A DNA stretch of 64,000 nt from an uncultured Gammaproteobacteria bacterium (GTDB lineage Bacteria; Pseudomonadota; Gammaproteobacteria; UBA9214). Made by a program: the position numbers and the translations under genes. Below the pieces are notes generated by a model, which saw only the letters and a program-made list of their open reading frames with translations, was not told where the DNA came from and ran no database searches. The stretch covers positions 32,001 through 96,000 of the forward strand of contig CAWHCQ010000011.1 of assembly GCA_963827755.1 (NCBI GenBank), read 5' to 3'. Positions 21,445-31,755 of the stretch are shown here, in pieces. Position 1 is the first letter of the stretch, and each line of letters opens with the position of its first letter.

Positions 21445-23010
21445 ATGACTGACAAGTTACTGAAAAACACAGCAATTGTTGGCGGGATGACGCTGTTGTC
21501 CCGGGTGCTGGGGCTGGCGCGGGACATGGTGCTGGCGCGCTTCTTCGGCGCCGATGCCCAGATGGATGCCTTTTTCGTGGCCTTCAAGATCCCGAATTTC
21601 CTGCGCCGGCTGTTTGCCGAGGGGGCCTTTTCACAGGCCTTTGTCCCGGTTCTCTCGGAATACAAGGCGCAGCAAAGCCGCGCGTCCGTTCAGGCACTTG
21701 TCAACCGGGTCGCGGGCACCCTGTTCGGCATCCTTTCCCTGATTACCGTCGTCGGGGTGCTCGCAAGTCCGCTACTGGTGGCCCTGTTTGCGCCGGGCTT
21801 TCTCTACCGGGATCCGGCCCAGTTCGAGCTGACGGCGCTGATGTTGCGCATGACCTTTCCCTACATCCTGTTTATCTCCCTGGTGGCCTTCATTGCCGGG
21901 ATCCTGAATACCTGGGGGCGCTTCGCGGCGGCCTCCTTTGTTCCCGTCTGGCTGAATGTCGTCCTGATCGGTGCCGCGGTGCTGGTTGCCCCGCAGCTCG
22001 CGCAGCCCGAACTGGCCCTGGCGGGGGGCGTATTTCTGGCCGGCCTGGTGCAGTTGCTGTTTTTACTGCCGTCGCTGAAGCGGGTCGGCCTGTTTCCGAG
22101 ACCTGAATGGAAGCCGGGTGATGCCGGTGTGCGGCGCATCATGAAACTCATGCTGCCGGGGATTATCGGTTCATCGGTTGCACAGATTAACCTGCTGTTC
22201 GATACCCTGATTGCATCGTTCCTGGTCGCCGGCAGCGTCAGCTGGCTGTATTACGCCGACCGCCTGGTTGAGTTTCCGCTGGGTGTATTCGCCATCGCAC
22301 TGTCCACCGTTATCCTGCCAAGCCTGTCGCGCAGTCATGCCACTGCCTCTGATGAAGAGTTTTCGCAGACGCTGGACTGGGGCCTGCGCTGGGTATTGCT
22401 GATCGGCATACCCTCGACCGTGGGCCTGTTCCTGATGGCCCGGCCGATGATCGCGACCCTGTTTCATTACGGTGATTTCTCCAGCGGTGATGTCGACATG
22501 GCCGGTTTGAGCCTGATGGCCTATGCCTTTGGATTGCCCGGTTTCATGCTGGTCAGGGTGCTGGCCCCGGCGTTTTACTCGCGCAAGGATACCCGGACAC
22601 CGGTGCGTATCGCCGTGATTGCGCTGATTACCAATATGACGCTGAACCTGGTATTTGTCGTACCGATGGTGCTGCTGGAGATCAGGGGTCCGCATGCCGG
22701 CCTGGCGCTGGCGACCTCGATTGCCGCCTGGGTCAATGCGAGCCTGCTGTTTGCCGTGCTCTACCGCAAGCAGATATACCGGCCACAGCCGGGCTGGCGC
22801 AGGCTGTTTCTGCAAATGGGGCTGGCCGCTGCGGCCCTGGGCGGGTTATTGCTGTTCGCCATGCAGCCCGTGCCGCAATGGCTGGACTGGACGGCCGGGT
22901 ACCGGGTTGCCGGCCTGCTCGGTTGGGTAGCCGCCGGTGCCGCTGTCTATTTTCTCAGTCTGTGGGTGCTGGGACTGCGCTTCAGGTCATTCTGGAAGAA
23001 GGCCGGGTAG
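21445..23010 (+). CDS. murJ: Lipid II flippase MurJ
   Basis: SRVLGLARD, AFKIPNFLRRLFAEGAFSQAFVPVL, YYADRLVEFPLG. Confidence 0.96.
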   Translation: MTDKLLKNTAIVGGMTLLSRVLGLARDMVLARFFGADAQMDAFFVAFKIPNFLRRLFAEGAFSQAFVPVLSEYKAQQSRASVQALVNRVAGTLFGILSLITVVGVLASPLLVALFAPGFLYRDPAQFELTALMLRMTFPYILFISLVAFIAGILNTWGRFAAASFVPVWLNVVLIGAAVLVAPQLAQPELALAGGVFLAGLVQLLFLLPSLKRVGLFPRPEWKPGDAGVRRIMKLMLPGIIGSSVAQINLLFDTLIASFLVAGSVSWLYYADRLVEFPLGVFAIALSTVILPSLSRSHATASDEEFSQTLDWGLRWVLLIGIPSTVGLFLMARPMIATLFHYGDFSSGDVDMAGLSLMAYAFGLPGFMLVRVLAPAFYSRKDTRTPVRIAVIALITNMTLNLVFVVPMVLLEIRGPHAGLALATSIAAWVNASLLFAVLYRKQIYRPQPGWRRLFLQMGLAAAALGGLLLFAMQPVPQWLDWTAGYRVAGLLGWVAAGAAVYFLSLWVLGLRFRSFWKKAG

Positions 23011-23057
23011 CCCGTGCCTGTTACTTTCATGCACGTTTTCCAGGGGTGATGCCGGGT

Positions 23058-23984
23058 ATGGAACTGGTTCGCGGGTTACATAATTTACGCCCTGCCCACC
23101 GCGGCTCTGCTGTCACGATCGGCAGTTTTGACGGCGTACATCGGGGTCACCAGGCCGTACTCGGGCAACTGGCGGAACAGGCGGCAGAACGGGGCCTGCC
23201 GGTGACGCTGGTCACCTTTGAACCCCACCCGCGTGAATATTTCCAGCCGCAGGACGCGCCCCCGCGGCTGACCCGTTTACGGGAAAAGCTGGACGCCTTG
23301 CGCTATTACAAAGTGCAGCGGGTGCTGGTTTTACCTTTCAACGGCTACCTGGCCGGGTTAACAGCAGATGAGTTTATCCAGATCATCCTGCTGGACGGTC
23401 TGGGCGTCAAACACCTGGTGGTCGGTGACGATTTTCGCTTTGGCAAGGGCCGGGCCGGAGACTTTGACCTGCTGCAGCAAACCGGGGCCCGTCACGGTTT
23501 CCCGGTAGCCACGATGGACAGTTATAACGTCGGCGGGCAGCGTGTCAGCAGTACCCGTATCAGGGAGGCCCTGCAATCGGGAGATTTTGCCACGGCCGGG
23601 TTGCTCCTCGGGCGACCCTATGGAATGAGCGGCCGCGTTGCCCACGGCGACAAGCGTGGCCGAACCATCGGGTTCCCAACCGCCAATATCCACCTGCATC
23701 GGCCGGTATCCCCGGTGGATGGTGTGTTTGCCGTGAAAATGTCCGGTCTTAACGACGAACCGGTAGCGGGAGTCGCCAATGTCGGCAATCGTCCAACGGT
23801 TGATGGCCGTCGTTCGTTACTGGAAGTTCACCTGTTCGATTTTGACCGGGATATCTATGGAGCGCATGTGCATGTCAGCTTTCTGAAAAAACTGCGCAAG
23901 GAGCAGCGCTTCGACTCGTTCGATGCGTTGCAGCGGCAAATCATGCTGGACGCGGCGAATGCGCGGGCATTTTTCAGCGCTTGA
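23058..23984 (+). CDS. ribF: Bifunctional riboflavin kinase/FAD synthetase
   Basis: TIGSFDGVHRGH, VGDDFRFG, VSSTRIR, GRTIGFPTAN. Confidence 0.96.
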   Translation: MELVRGLHNLRPAHRGSAVTIGSFDGVHRGHQAVLGQLAEQAAERGLPVTLVTFEPHPREYFQPQDAPPRLTRLREKLDALRYYKVQRVLVLPFNGYLAGLTADEFIQIILLDGLGVKHLVVGDDFRFGKGRAGDFDLLQQTGARHGFPVATMDSYNVGGQRVSSTRIREALQSGDFATAGLLLGRPYGMSGRVAHGDKRGRTIGFPTANIHLHRPVSPVDGVFAVKMSGLNDEPVAGVANVGNRPTVDGRRSLLEVHLFDFDRDIYGAHVHVSFLKKLRKEQRFDSFDALQRQIMLDAANARAFFSA

Positions 23985-24092
23985 TACCCGTGCCCCTGTC
24001 CGCGTGCTGCGGGGTCGTGCAAGTTCCCGTAAAATCTGTCAATCATTCGCCTAATAGGTTATAACTCTGCGCTCGCTGCGGTGACTCGATCC

Positions 24093-26936
24093 ATGACTGA
24101 CTATAAAAATACCCTGAATCTTCCCAAAACGGCCTTTCCGATGAAGGGCAACCTGCCGAATCGCGAGCCGGAAATCCTCAAGCGCTGGGAAGAGTCCGAT
24201 CTCTATGGACAGCTCCGCAAGGTGTGCGCCGGCCGTCCACGCTTTGTTCTGCACGACGGCCCGCCCTATGCCAATGGCGATATCCATATCGGCCACGCGG
24301 TCAACAAGGTGTTGAAAGACATCATCGTCAAGAGCAAGACCCTGGGTGGCTTCGACGCCCCCTACGTGCCTGGCTGGGATTGCCACGGGCTGCCGATCGA
24401 ACTGAATGTCGAGAAAAAGGTCGGCAAGGCCGGGGTGAAGGTCGATGCACCGGCGTTCAGAAAGGCGTGCCGCGACTATGCCGGCAAGCAGGTCAACGGC
24501 CAGCGCAAGGATTTCATTCGACTCGGTGTGCTGGGTGACTGGGCTAATCCCTATCTCACCATGGATTACCGCTACGAGGCGGATATTATCCGTGCCCTCG
24601 GCAGGATCATCGAGAACGGTCACCTGCACAAGGGATCCAAACCGGTGCACTGGTGTACCGACTGCGGCTCTGCGCTGGCAGAGGCCGAGGTCGAGTATGA
24701 GGACAAGAAATCACAGGCGATCGATGTGCGCTTTCGGGTGGTGGACGAGGCCGGGCTGCTGTCGCGCTGTCACCCGCATGAACATACCGGTGAAGGCCCG
24801 TTGTCGGTGGTTATCTGGACAACCACGCCGTGGACCCTGCCGGCCAACCGCGCGGTGGCGCTGAACCCTGAACTGGATTATGTGGTGGTGCAATGCGACA
24901 CCGGTAATGGCAATGAACGCCTGCTGCTTGCCGAGGCGCTGCTGACGGCTGTCATGCATCGCTATGCAGTCGAGCAATACCAGGTGGTCGCGTCCTGCAA
25001 GGGTTCTGAACTGGAAGGATTGTTGCTGGTGCATCCATTTTATGCACGCGAGGTCCCGCTCATCCTCGGTGACCATGTGACCCTCGAGGCAGGTACCGGT
25101 GCCGTGCATACGGCCCCCGGTCACGGACAGGACGACTACGTCGTTGGTATGCGCTACGGGCTCGAGGTCGATAACCCGGTGGGCAGCAATGGTTGTTTCC
25201 TGCCGGATACCGGGTTTTTTGCAGGCCAACACGTGTTTGCCGCCAACGACCTGGTGATCGACAAACTGAAAGAAAAGGGCGCGTTGCTGCATGTCGAAAA
25301 ACTGCGTCACAGTTATCCGCATTGCTGGCGCCACAAGACCCCGATTATCTTCCGTGCAACGCCGCAATGGTTTATCAGCATGCAGCAGGGTGGCCTGCGC
25401 ACTGCTGCGCTTGCCGCTATAAAAGATGTGGACTGGATGCCGAACTGGGGTGAAGCGCGCATCAAGGGCATGGTCGAGGGTCGCCCGGACTGGTGTATCT
25501 CGCGCCAGCGCACCTGGGGTGTGCCGATCACCCTGTTTATTGACAGGCAAACAGGTGAACTGCACCCGGACAGCGTGAAGCTGGTCGGGGAAGTGGCGCA
25601 GAGGGTCGAGGCGGCAGGCATCGATGCCTGGTTCGAGCTTGAACCGGCTGAACTGCTCGGGGATGAAGCCGGGCGCTATGAGAAAGTCACCGACACCCTC
25701 GATGTCTGGTTTGATTCCGGTGTCAGCCATTTCGCGGTACTGCAGGGCAAGACGGGGACGGGTGTCCCGGCCGATCTTTATCTTGAAGGCTCCGACCAGC
25801 ACCGCGGCTGGTTCCAGTCATCCCTGCTGACCGCCATCGGCATGTATGGCAATGCACCGTACAGGGCTGTGCTGACACACGGGTTCACCGTCGACTCGAA
25901 GGGGCAGAAGATGTCCAAGTCGCGCGGTAATGTCATTGCCCCGCAAAAGGTTGTCAATGCACTCGGCGCGGATATCCTGCGACTCTGGGTGGCCGCCACC
26001 GATTACAGCGTCGAGATGAACGTCTCGGATGAAATCCTCAAGCGCACGGCAGATGCCTACCGGCGCCTGCGCAACACCTCGCGATTCCTGCTGGCCAACC
26101 TGGATGGTTTCGATCCCTCGAAGCACCAGCTGGATCCGGAGCATATGCTCTGCCTGGACCGCTGGGCAGTGGAGCGCACCCGACAGTTGCAGGAACATGT
26201 CCTGCAGGCGTACGAGTGTTACGAGTTTCACAGGATTTATCAGCTGGTACATAATTTCTGCGCGGTGGATATGGGCAGTTTTTACCTTGATATCATCAAG
26301 GACCGCCAGTACACCACGCAGCAGGACAGTATTCCGCGACGCTCGGCGCAGACGGCGATGTACCATGTGATCGAATCGCTGGTGCGCTGGCTGGCGCCGA
26401 TCCTGAGCTTTACGGCCGAGGAAATATGGCAGCACATCCCCGGGCAGCGGGAAGATTCCGTGCTGCTGTCCGGCTGGTATGAACTGCCGCCGGCCTATTT
26501 TTCGGAAAGCGAGATTCTCCAGGAAATGGGCAGGGATTTCTGGGAACGGATCATTCTCGTGCGCGAGGCGGTCAGCAAGGAACTGGAGAAGCTCAGGATT
26601 GACGGTCGGATCGGCTCCTCGCTGGACGCGGAGGTGGATTTGTATGCCGACGAGGAGACGCAGTGCCTGCTGAAAGCCATTGGTGACGAGCTGCGTTTTG
26701 TACTGATCACTTCCTCTGCACGGCTGCATGAATATGCTGCACGGCCGAATGACGCCGTGGCGGCTGATGTGCCGGGCATGTCATTCGCCATCAAGGTGTC
26801 GCCTTCCGTGCATGCCAAGTGTATTCGCTGCTGGCATCACCGCGAGGAGGTCGGCACGAATGTCGCGCACCCGCAAATTTGCGGGCGTTGTGTCGAGAAT
26901 GTCGATGGTCCCGGCGAACGGCGTCGCTATGCCTGA
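24093..26936 (+). CDS. ileS: Isoleucine-tRNA ligase
   Basis: [22 protein letters not shown]-terminal zinc finger CIRCWH..CGRC. Confidence 0.98.
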   Translation: MTDYKNTLNLPKTAFPMKGNLPNREPEILKRWEESDLYGQLRKVCAGRPRFVLHDGPPYANGDIHIGHAVNKVLKDIIVKSKTLGGFDAPYVPGWDCHGLPIELNVEKKVGKAGVKVDAPAFRKACRDYAGKQVNGQRKDFIRLGVLGDWANPYLTMDYRYEADIIRALGRIIENGHLHKGSKPVHWCTDCGSALAEAEVEYEDKKSQAIDVRFRVVDEAGLLSRCHPHEHTGEGPLSVVIWTTTPWTLPANRAVALNPELDYVVVQCDTGNGNERLLLAEALLTAVMHRYAVEQYQVVASCKGSELEGLLLVHPFYAREVPLILGDHVTLEAGTGAVHTAPGHGQDDYVVGMRYGLEVDNPVGSNGCFLPDTGFFAGQHVFAANDLVIDKLKEKGALLHVEKLRHSYPHCWRHKTPIIFRATPQWFISMQQGGLRTAALAAIKDVDWMPNWGEARIKGMVEGRPDWCISRQRTWGVPITLFIDRQTGELHPDSVKLVGEVAQRVEAAGIDAWFELEPAELLGDEAGRYEKVTDTLDVWFDSGVSHFAVLQGKTGTGVPADLYLEGSDQHRGWFQSSLLTAIGMYGNAPYRAVLTHGFTVDSKGQKMSKSRGNVIAPQKVVNALGADILRLWVAATDYSVEMNVSDEILKRTADAYRRLRNTSRFLLANLDGFDPSKHQLDPEHMLCLDRWAVERTRQLQEHVLQAYECYEFHRIYQLVHNFCAVDMGSFYLDIIKDRQYTTQQDSIPRRSAQTAMYHVIESLVRWLAPILSFTAEEIWQHIPGQREDSVLLSGWYELPPAYFSESEILQEMGRDFWERIILVREAVSKELEKLRIDGRIGSSLDAEVDLYADEETQCLLKAIGDELRFVLITSSARLHEYAARPNDAVAADVPGMSFAIKVSPSVHAKCIRCWHHREEVGTNVAHPQICGRCVENVDGPGERRRYA

Positions 26937-26960
26937 GCAGTGCTGCGGGAGTCTGCCGGC

Positions 26961-27434
26961 ATGAGGTGGCTCTGGGTGTCACTGGCCGTGCTGGTGCTGG
27001 ACCAGTACAGCAAGGTGCTGGTGGACTCTGCACTTGTACTGTATGAGTCGATCGAGCTGCTTCCTTCACTTGCACTGCGCAAGATTTACAACAGCGGGGC
27101 CGCATTCAGTTTTCTCAGCGATGCCTCCGGCTGGCAGCGCTGGTTTTTTATAGGACTGGCAGTAACGGTCGTTGTCGTACTGACTGTCTGGCTGTCGCGC
27201 CTGCCGCGAAACCAGGTACGCATGGCACTGGCCCTGTCGCTGATCCTTGGCGGCGCCGCCGGCAACCTGGTTGACCGCGTATTTTACGGCCATGTTATCG
27301 ATTTCATCGACGTCTATTACGCCAGCTGGCACTGGCCGACATTCAATATTGCCGACTCCGCCATTTCAATCGGTGCCGTGCTGTTGTTGCTGGATGCGTT
27401 TAGCACGCATAAAAAAGACCGGTCTGCGGAATAA
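26961..27434 (+). CDS. lspA: Lipoprotein signal peptidase II
   Basis: [28 protein letters not shown]. Confidence 0.96.
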   Translation: MRWLWVSLAVLVLDQYSKVLVDSALVLYESIELLPSLALRKIYNSGAAFSFLSDASGWQRWFFIGLAVTVVVVLTVWLSRLPRNQVRMALALSLILGGAAGNLVDRVFYGHVIDFIDVYYASWHWPTFNIADSAISIGAVLLLLDAFSTHKKDRSAE

Positions 27435-27442
27435 AGGCGCCC

Positions 27443-27471
27443 TGACGGGTACGCTGCGCTTAACCCGTCCT
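27443..27471. repeat. Single REP unit, same family as 45459-45585
   Basis: TGACGGGTACGCTGCGCTTAACCCGTCCT. Confidence 0.75.
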
Positions 27472-27497
27472 GGATTGAGCAGGAGCAGACAGCGAGT

Positions 27498-27968
27498 ATG
27501 AAATTCCCCATCGAAATTGCCAGCACCGTCACCCTGCATCTCTCCCTGACGCTGGAAGATGGCACGGTAGCCGAGAGCACCTTCGGCGCTGAACCGCTGT
27601 GCTTCACCATGGGCGATGGAACCCTGGTGCGCGGGCTGGAACTGGGTCTCTATGGTCTCAGGCCCGGTGATGTGCAGCGGCTGGAACTGTATCCGCAGCA
27701 GGCCTTTGGTTTGCGTGACCCGGCCAATATACATTTCATCCCGCGTGCAGACTTCGATCCCGCTATCGCACTGGCGCCGGGTGTGATCGTCGGCTTTGAG
27801 ACGGCCGATGGTGACGAGCTGGCCGGAGCCATCCTGTCCCTCGATGCGGAGTCGGTCGAGGTCGATTTTAATCACCCGCTGGCCGGTCATACCATCATCT
27901 TCGATGTGGAAATTATTGATGTCGTGCCGGCGGAAGCCCCGGCAGATGATTTACCCGATGTACCGTAG
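27498..27968 (+). CDS. fkpB: FKBP-type peptidyl-prolyl isomerase (FkpB/SlpA)
   Basis: VDFNHPLAG motif; conserved lspA-fkpB-ispH position. Confidence 0.9.
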   Translation: MKFPIEIASTVTLHLSLTLEDGTVAESTFGAEPLCFTMGDGTLVRGLELGLYGLRPGDVQRLELYPQQAFGLRDPANIHFIPRADFDPAIALAPGVIVGFETADGDELAGAILSLDAESVEVDFNHPLAGHTIIFDVEIIDVVPAEAPADDLPDVP

Positions 27969-28050
27969 TGAAGGAATTTTCACCTGAATTCAATTACAGT
28001 CAGCGGGTGTTTATAATAAAGTCCGCATCAAGGTAGTACACTACAAGTCT

Positions 28051-28986
28051 ATGCAAATCCTGCTTGCCAATCCCCGCGGTTTCTGCGCCGGTGTCGATCG
28101 CGCCATCGAGATCGTCGAGCGTGCGCTGGAACTGTTCGGTGCACCGATCTATGTGCGTCACGAGGTGGTGCACAACCGCCACGTGGTTGAAGGCCTGCGT
28201 GCCCGCGGTACCATATTCGTTCATGAACTCGATGAAGTGCCGGACGGCGCGACGGTTATTTTCAGCGCCCACGGCGTTGCCCGTGCAGTCCATGAAGAAG
28301 GCGAGCGGCGCGGCTTGCGGGTGTTCGATGCAACCTGTCCACTGGTTACCAAGGTCCACCTGGAGGTCAGGCGTCACGCGGACGCCGGGCGGGAGTGCAT
28401 CCTCATCGGCCACAAGGGACACCCCGAGGTAGAAGGCACGCTCGGCCAATACGATACGACGAACGGTGGCGCCATCATGCTGGTGGAAACCCCGGATGAT
28501 GTCGTCATGCTGGCAGTCAACAATCCTGATGAGCTGGCATACGTGACCCAAACGACCCTGTCGGTGGATGATACCGCGCGGGTGATCGACTCGTTGAAAT
28601 CGCGTTTCCCGGGCATCCGCGGGCCGCGCCAGGATGATATCTGTTATGCCACCCAGAACCGCCAGGATGCCGTTAAAACGCTGGCGCAGAAGTGTGATGT
28701 CATCCTGGTGGTCGGCTCGCCAAACAGCTCCAACTCAAACCGCCTGCGCGAGCTGGCCGAATATCAGGATGTACCGGCATACCTGGTGGAAGAGGCCGAT
28801 CAAATACAACAGCAATGGCTTGAGGGCAGAGACAATGTCGGTGTCACAGCCGGGGCCTCTGCGCCGGAAGACGTCGTCAACGGGGTGGTTGAGCAACTCA
28901 TTGCCTGGGGCGGCATGTTGGGAGAGGAAGCGCGGGGTCGGAAAGAGCCGGTAACCTTTTCATTGCCACGTGCCTTGCAACGCTGA
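28051..28986 (+). CDS. ispH: 4-hydroxy-3-methylbut-2-enyl diphosphate reductase
   Basis: [40 protein letters not shown]. Confidence 0.97.
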   Translation: MQILLANPRGFCAGVDRAIEIVERALELFGAPIYVRHEVVHNRHVVEGLRARGTIFVHELDEVPDGATVIFSAHGVARAVHEEGERRGLRVFDATCPLVTKVHLEVRRHADAGRECILIGHKGHPEVEGTLGQYDTTNGGAIMLVETPDDVVMLAVNNPDELAYVTQTTLSVDDTARVIDSLKSRFPGIRGPRQDDICYATQNRQDAVKTLAQKCDVILVVGSPNSSNSNRLRELAEYQDVPAYLVEEADQIQQQWLEGRDNVGVTAGASAPEDVVNGVVEQLIAWGGMLGEEARGRKEPVTFSLPRALQR

Positions 28987-29130
28987 TCTGCCGCTAGCGA
29001 AAAAAGCAGCACCCTGCAGAACCGCAAAGCTGTCCGCTCATCCATGCCATTCACTGCAGGACATACGGCTGTTGTTTTTCAGCAGGCTTGATGGCGAATC
29101 AATCAACCAGCGGGATGTATCTCCAAAAGC

Positions 29131-30279
29131 ATGATGTCGAAAACCATGAATGCTGACTGCCTGGTCGTCGGGGGCGGGTTACTCGGGCTGCTGAGCGCAC
29201 GGGCGCTGCGCCGGGAGGGCATCTCGGTCACGCTGCTGGAACGCGGCAGCATTTTCCGCGAGTCCTCCTGGGCCGGTGGCGGTATCCTCTCGCCATTGAT
29301 GCCCTGGCAGTATTCCAATGCCGTGTCTGAACTGGTTGCCTGGAGTCAACGGTACTATCCGCAGCTGGCTGAGGAATTGCAGCAGGAGACCGGCATCGAT
29401 GTTGAATGGACGCCGAGTGGGTTGTTGATGGCGGGGATTGAACCGGACCCGGACAACCGTGCGTGGGCAAAACGCTTTGACGCGCGCCTGCAGGTGCTGG
29501 ATGCAAGCCAGGTACTTGAGCAGGAGCCAGCCCTGGGCGCGAATACCGGGCCGGCACTATTGCTGCCGGATGTGGCGCAGATACGTAATCCGCGACTCGG
29601 CAAGGCACTGGAAAAGGCCGCCCGCCTGCAGGGTATTCGGTTGCTGGAACATACCCCGGTCATCGGAATCGAGGTCGATAAGGGTCGAGTGCAGGGTGTG
29701 CAGACAAAGCAGGGGCTGTATACCGCCGCGCGGGTGGTGATCGCGGGCGGCGCCTGGAGCGCAGGGATACTCGCGTCGACAGGCATGCAGCTGGCGGTCA
29801 CCCCGGTACGCGGTCAAATGCTGCTCTACCAGGCGCAGCCCGGTACGCTGCGGCACATACTCTTGCATGATGGCCATTACCTGATTCCCCGGCGTGATGG
29901 CCTGGTGCTGGCCGGGAGCACGCTGGAATACACCGGTTTTGATAAAGAAATTACCGCGCAGGCGCGCGATCTCGTCTCGCGGCGTGCGCTTGACCTGGTA
30001 CCGGCGCTGGCAAATGCCGACATTATCAGGCAGTGGGCAGGCCTGCGCCCGGGGACGGCTGACGGAATCCCGTTTATCGGCGAGTGCCCCGGGATCAGGG
30101 GCCTGTACCTGAATACCGGGCATTTTCGCAATGGCGTGGTGATGGCGCCGGCATCTGTGCAGGTATTACTGGATTGCATGCTCGGGCGGGCGGGATTTGC
30201 TGATTACAGCCCCTATTTGCCAGGGGTCAGGCGGCAATCGGGTGATGCTGTAGTTGCCCAAAATGGCATGGACGCCTGA
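29131..30279 (+). CDS. thiO: Glycine oxidase ThiO-like FAD-dependent oxidoreductase
   Basis: VVGGGLLG, ESSWAGGGILSP, PVRGQM, WAGLRP, GHFRNG. Confidence 0.8.
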   Translation: MMSKTMNADCLVVGGGLLGLLSARALRREGISVTLLERGSIFRESSWAGGGILSPLMPWQYSNAVSELVAWSQRYYPQLAEELQQETGIDVEWTPSGLLMAGIEPDPDNRAWAKRFDARLQVLDASQVLEQEPALGANTGPALLLPDVAQIRNPRLGKALEKAARLQGIRLLEHTPVIGIEVDKGRVQGVQTKQGLYTAARVVIAGGAWSAGILASTGMQLAVTPVRGQMLLYQAQPGTLRHILLHDGHYLIPRRDGLVLAGSTLEYTGFDKEITAQARDLVSRRALDLVPALANADIIRQWAGLRPGTADGIPFIGECPGIRGLYLNTGHFRNGVVMAPASVQVLLDCMLGRAGFADYSPYLPGVRRQSGDAVVAQNGMDA

Positions 30280-30304
30280 TATTCGCCGGTACTATAATCG
30301 GAGT

Positions 30305-30745
30305 ATGGAAGAACAGGCTGAAAATCCCGTGCTGAGTACCCAGGATATTGCCGGGATGCTCAAGGCGAACGGTGTGTTGCCGACCCAGCAACGCCTGCTG
30401 ATTGCCAGGGTGTTGTTCGAGCGGCCGCGGCACCTGTCGGCTGACCAGGTGATGAACGAGGTGAACGCCGGCAGGGACCATGTCTCCAAGGCCACGGTAT
30501 ACAACACGCTTGGTTTGTTCGCCAGCAAGGGCCTGGTTCGCGAGGTGATCGTCGACCCGACCCGCGTCTTTTACGATCCCAATACAAGCGACCATCATCA
30601 TTTCTACAATGTCGATACCGGCGAATTGCGCGATATCGACGTCGAGGATGTTCACGTCAGTCAACTGCCCGAACTGCCGGCCGGGACCGTTACCGAGGGT
30701 GTCGATGTCATCATCCGTGTACGCGGTGAAAGTCCGGCCAGCTGA
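30305..30745 (+). CDS. Fur-family regulator, Irr-like (HHH motif, no CxxC)
   Basis: TQQR, HLSADQV, SKATVYNTL, YDPNTSDHHHFY. Confidence 0.85.
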   Translation: MEEQAENPVLSTQDIAGMLKANGVLPTQQRLLIARVLFERPRHLSADQVMNEVNAGRDHVSKATVYNTLGLFASKGLVREVIVDPTRVFYDPNTSDHHHFYNVDTGELRDIDVEDVHVSQLPELPAGTVTEGVDVIIRVRGESPAS

Positions 30746-30796
30746 ACAAGCGTAGTAAAGTTTTACGCCCCGTCTTATACTTTGCCCCCTGAAAAA

Positions 30797-30872
30797 GCCG
30801 GAGTAGCTCAGTCGGTAGAGCAGCTCACTCGTAATGAGAAGGTCGGGGGTTCAATTCCTCTCTCCGGCACCA
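30797..30872 (+). tRNA. tRNA-Thr (anticodon CGT)
   Basis: GCCGGAGTAGCTCAGTCGGTAGAGCAGCTCACTCGTAATGAGAAGGTCGGGGGTTCAATTCCTCTCTCCGGCACCA. Confidence 0.96.
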
Positions 30873-30983
30873 TTTAGCCAATAAGACACATCACAGCCAT
30901 TGCGCTGCACTCAGCTGTTATCCGCAAACTGATTCCGGCCCTTTTATACGCTGTTCCTTTTTACAGACTGATACCGTCTGTGT

Positions 30984-31709
30984 TTACCGGTCAATGCGGT
31001 AAACCATGCCGAAGCGGATTTGTTCATCCAGCTGCATGGATTCCGGTGGCGGCGGCAGGGCCAGGGCCAGCTGTACCGCCTGCTTGGCCGCTTTGCGCAG
31101 GACCTTGCTGCCGCCCTTGACCTGCAGGCCACTGATGCCGCCGTCCCTGTGCAGGTAGAAGGCAACCTGTATTTCGCCCTCTACACCGCGTTGCCTGGCG
31201 CTGCGCGGGTAAAACTTGTGACTGTCGATATGTGCCAGCAGCCGCGGCATATAGGATTCGCGTTCGTCCTCCAGCGCCAGCGGTGCCGGTGCCGGCTCGA
31301 CGATCGGCGCCCTGGCGGTTCTCAGTGCCGTGTGCGCTTCGCTGCGTGCCGCGGTTTTCGGCACCTCGGCAACTGCCGGGAGTGGTTCGATCTGCGGTTG
31401 CGGCACCGTGGCCTGTTTGACCTCCGGTTCGGGCGCCGGTTTGCGCAGCGGCAACGGCTCCGGTTCGACCCTGGTTTCAGCGGTTGGTGATGGTGTTGGT
31501 ACGGGTGTGGCTCGCGGTGCCGGTGCCGGTTCGGGTTCCGCAGTGGCAGGCAGGGCTGGCGCCAGGCTGATCTGGATGACGCGGGCGTCAGACTGCGACG
31601 GGTCTGTTTGCAGGGAGCCGTAATGCTCGAGATAAGCGCTAGCTGCTGCGTGCACGGCGATGGAGATCAGTGCGGCAATGAACAAGCCGCTGCGTTCACG
31701 GTGGTACAT
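30984..31709 (-). CDS. tonB: Energy transducer TonB
   Basis: TM with SIAVH motif, Pro-rich linker, YPRSARQRGVEG C-terminal domain. Confidence 0.85.
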   Translation of the reverse strand: MYHRERSGLFIAALISIAVHAAASAYLEHYGSLQTDPSQSDARVIQISLAPALPATAEPEPAPAPRATPVPTPSPTAETRVEPEPLPLRKPAPEPEVKQATVPQPQIEPLPAVAEVPKTAARSEAHTALRTARAPIVEPAPAPLALEDERESYMPRLLAHIDSHKFYPRSARQRGVEGEIQVAFYLHRDGGISGLQVKGGSKVLRKAAKQAVQLALALPPPPESMQLDEQIRFGMVYRIDR

Positions 31710-31755
31710 GGGTGAGCCGGCGTCCTGAATGAAGCCCCTTGTGGAGACGATGCTT

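Noticed and set aside
31280-31560. Repetitive GGTGCC/GGTTC tracts
   Set aside because: They encode the ordinary Pro-rich TonB linker
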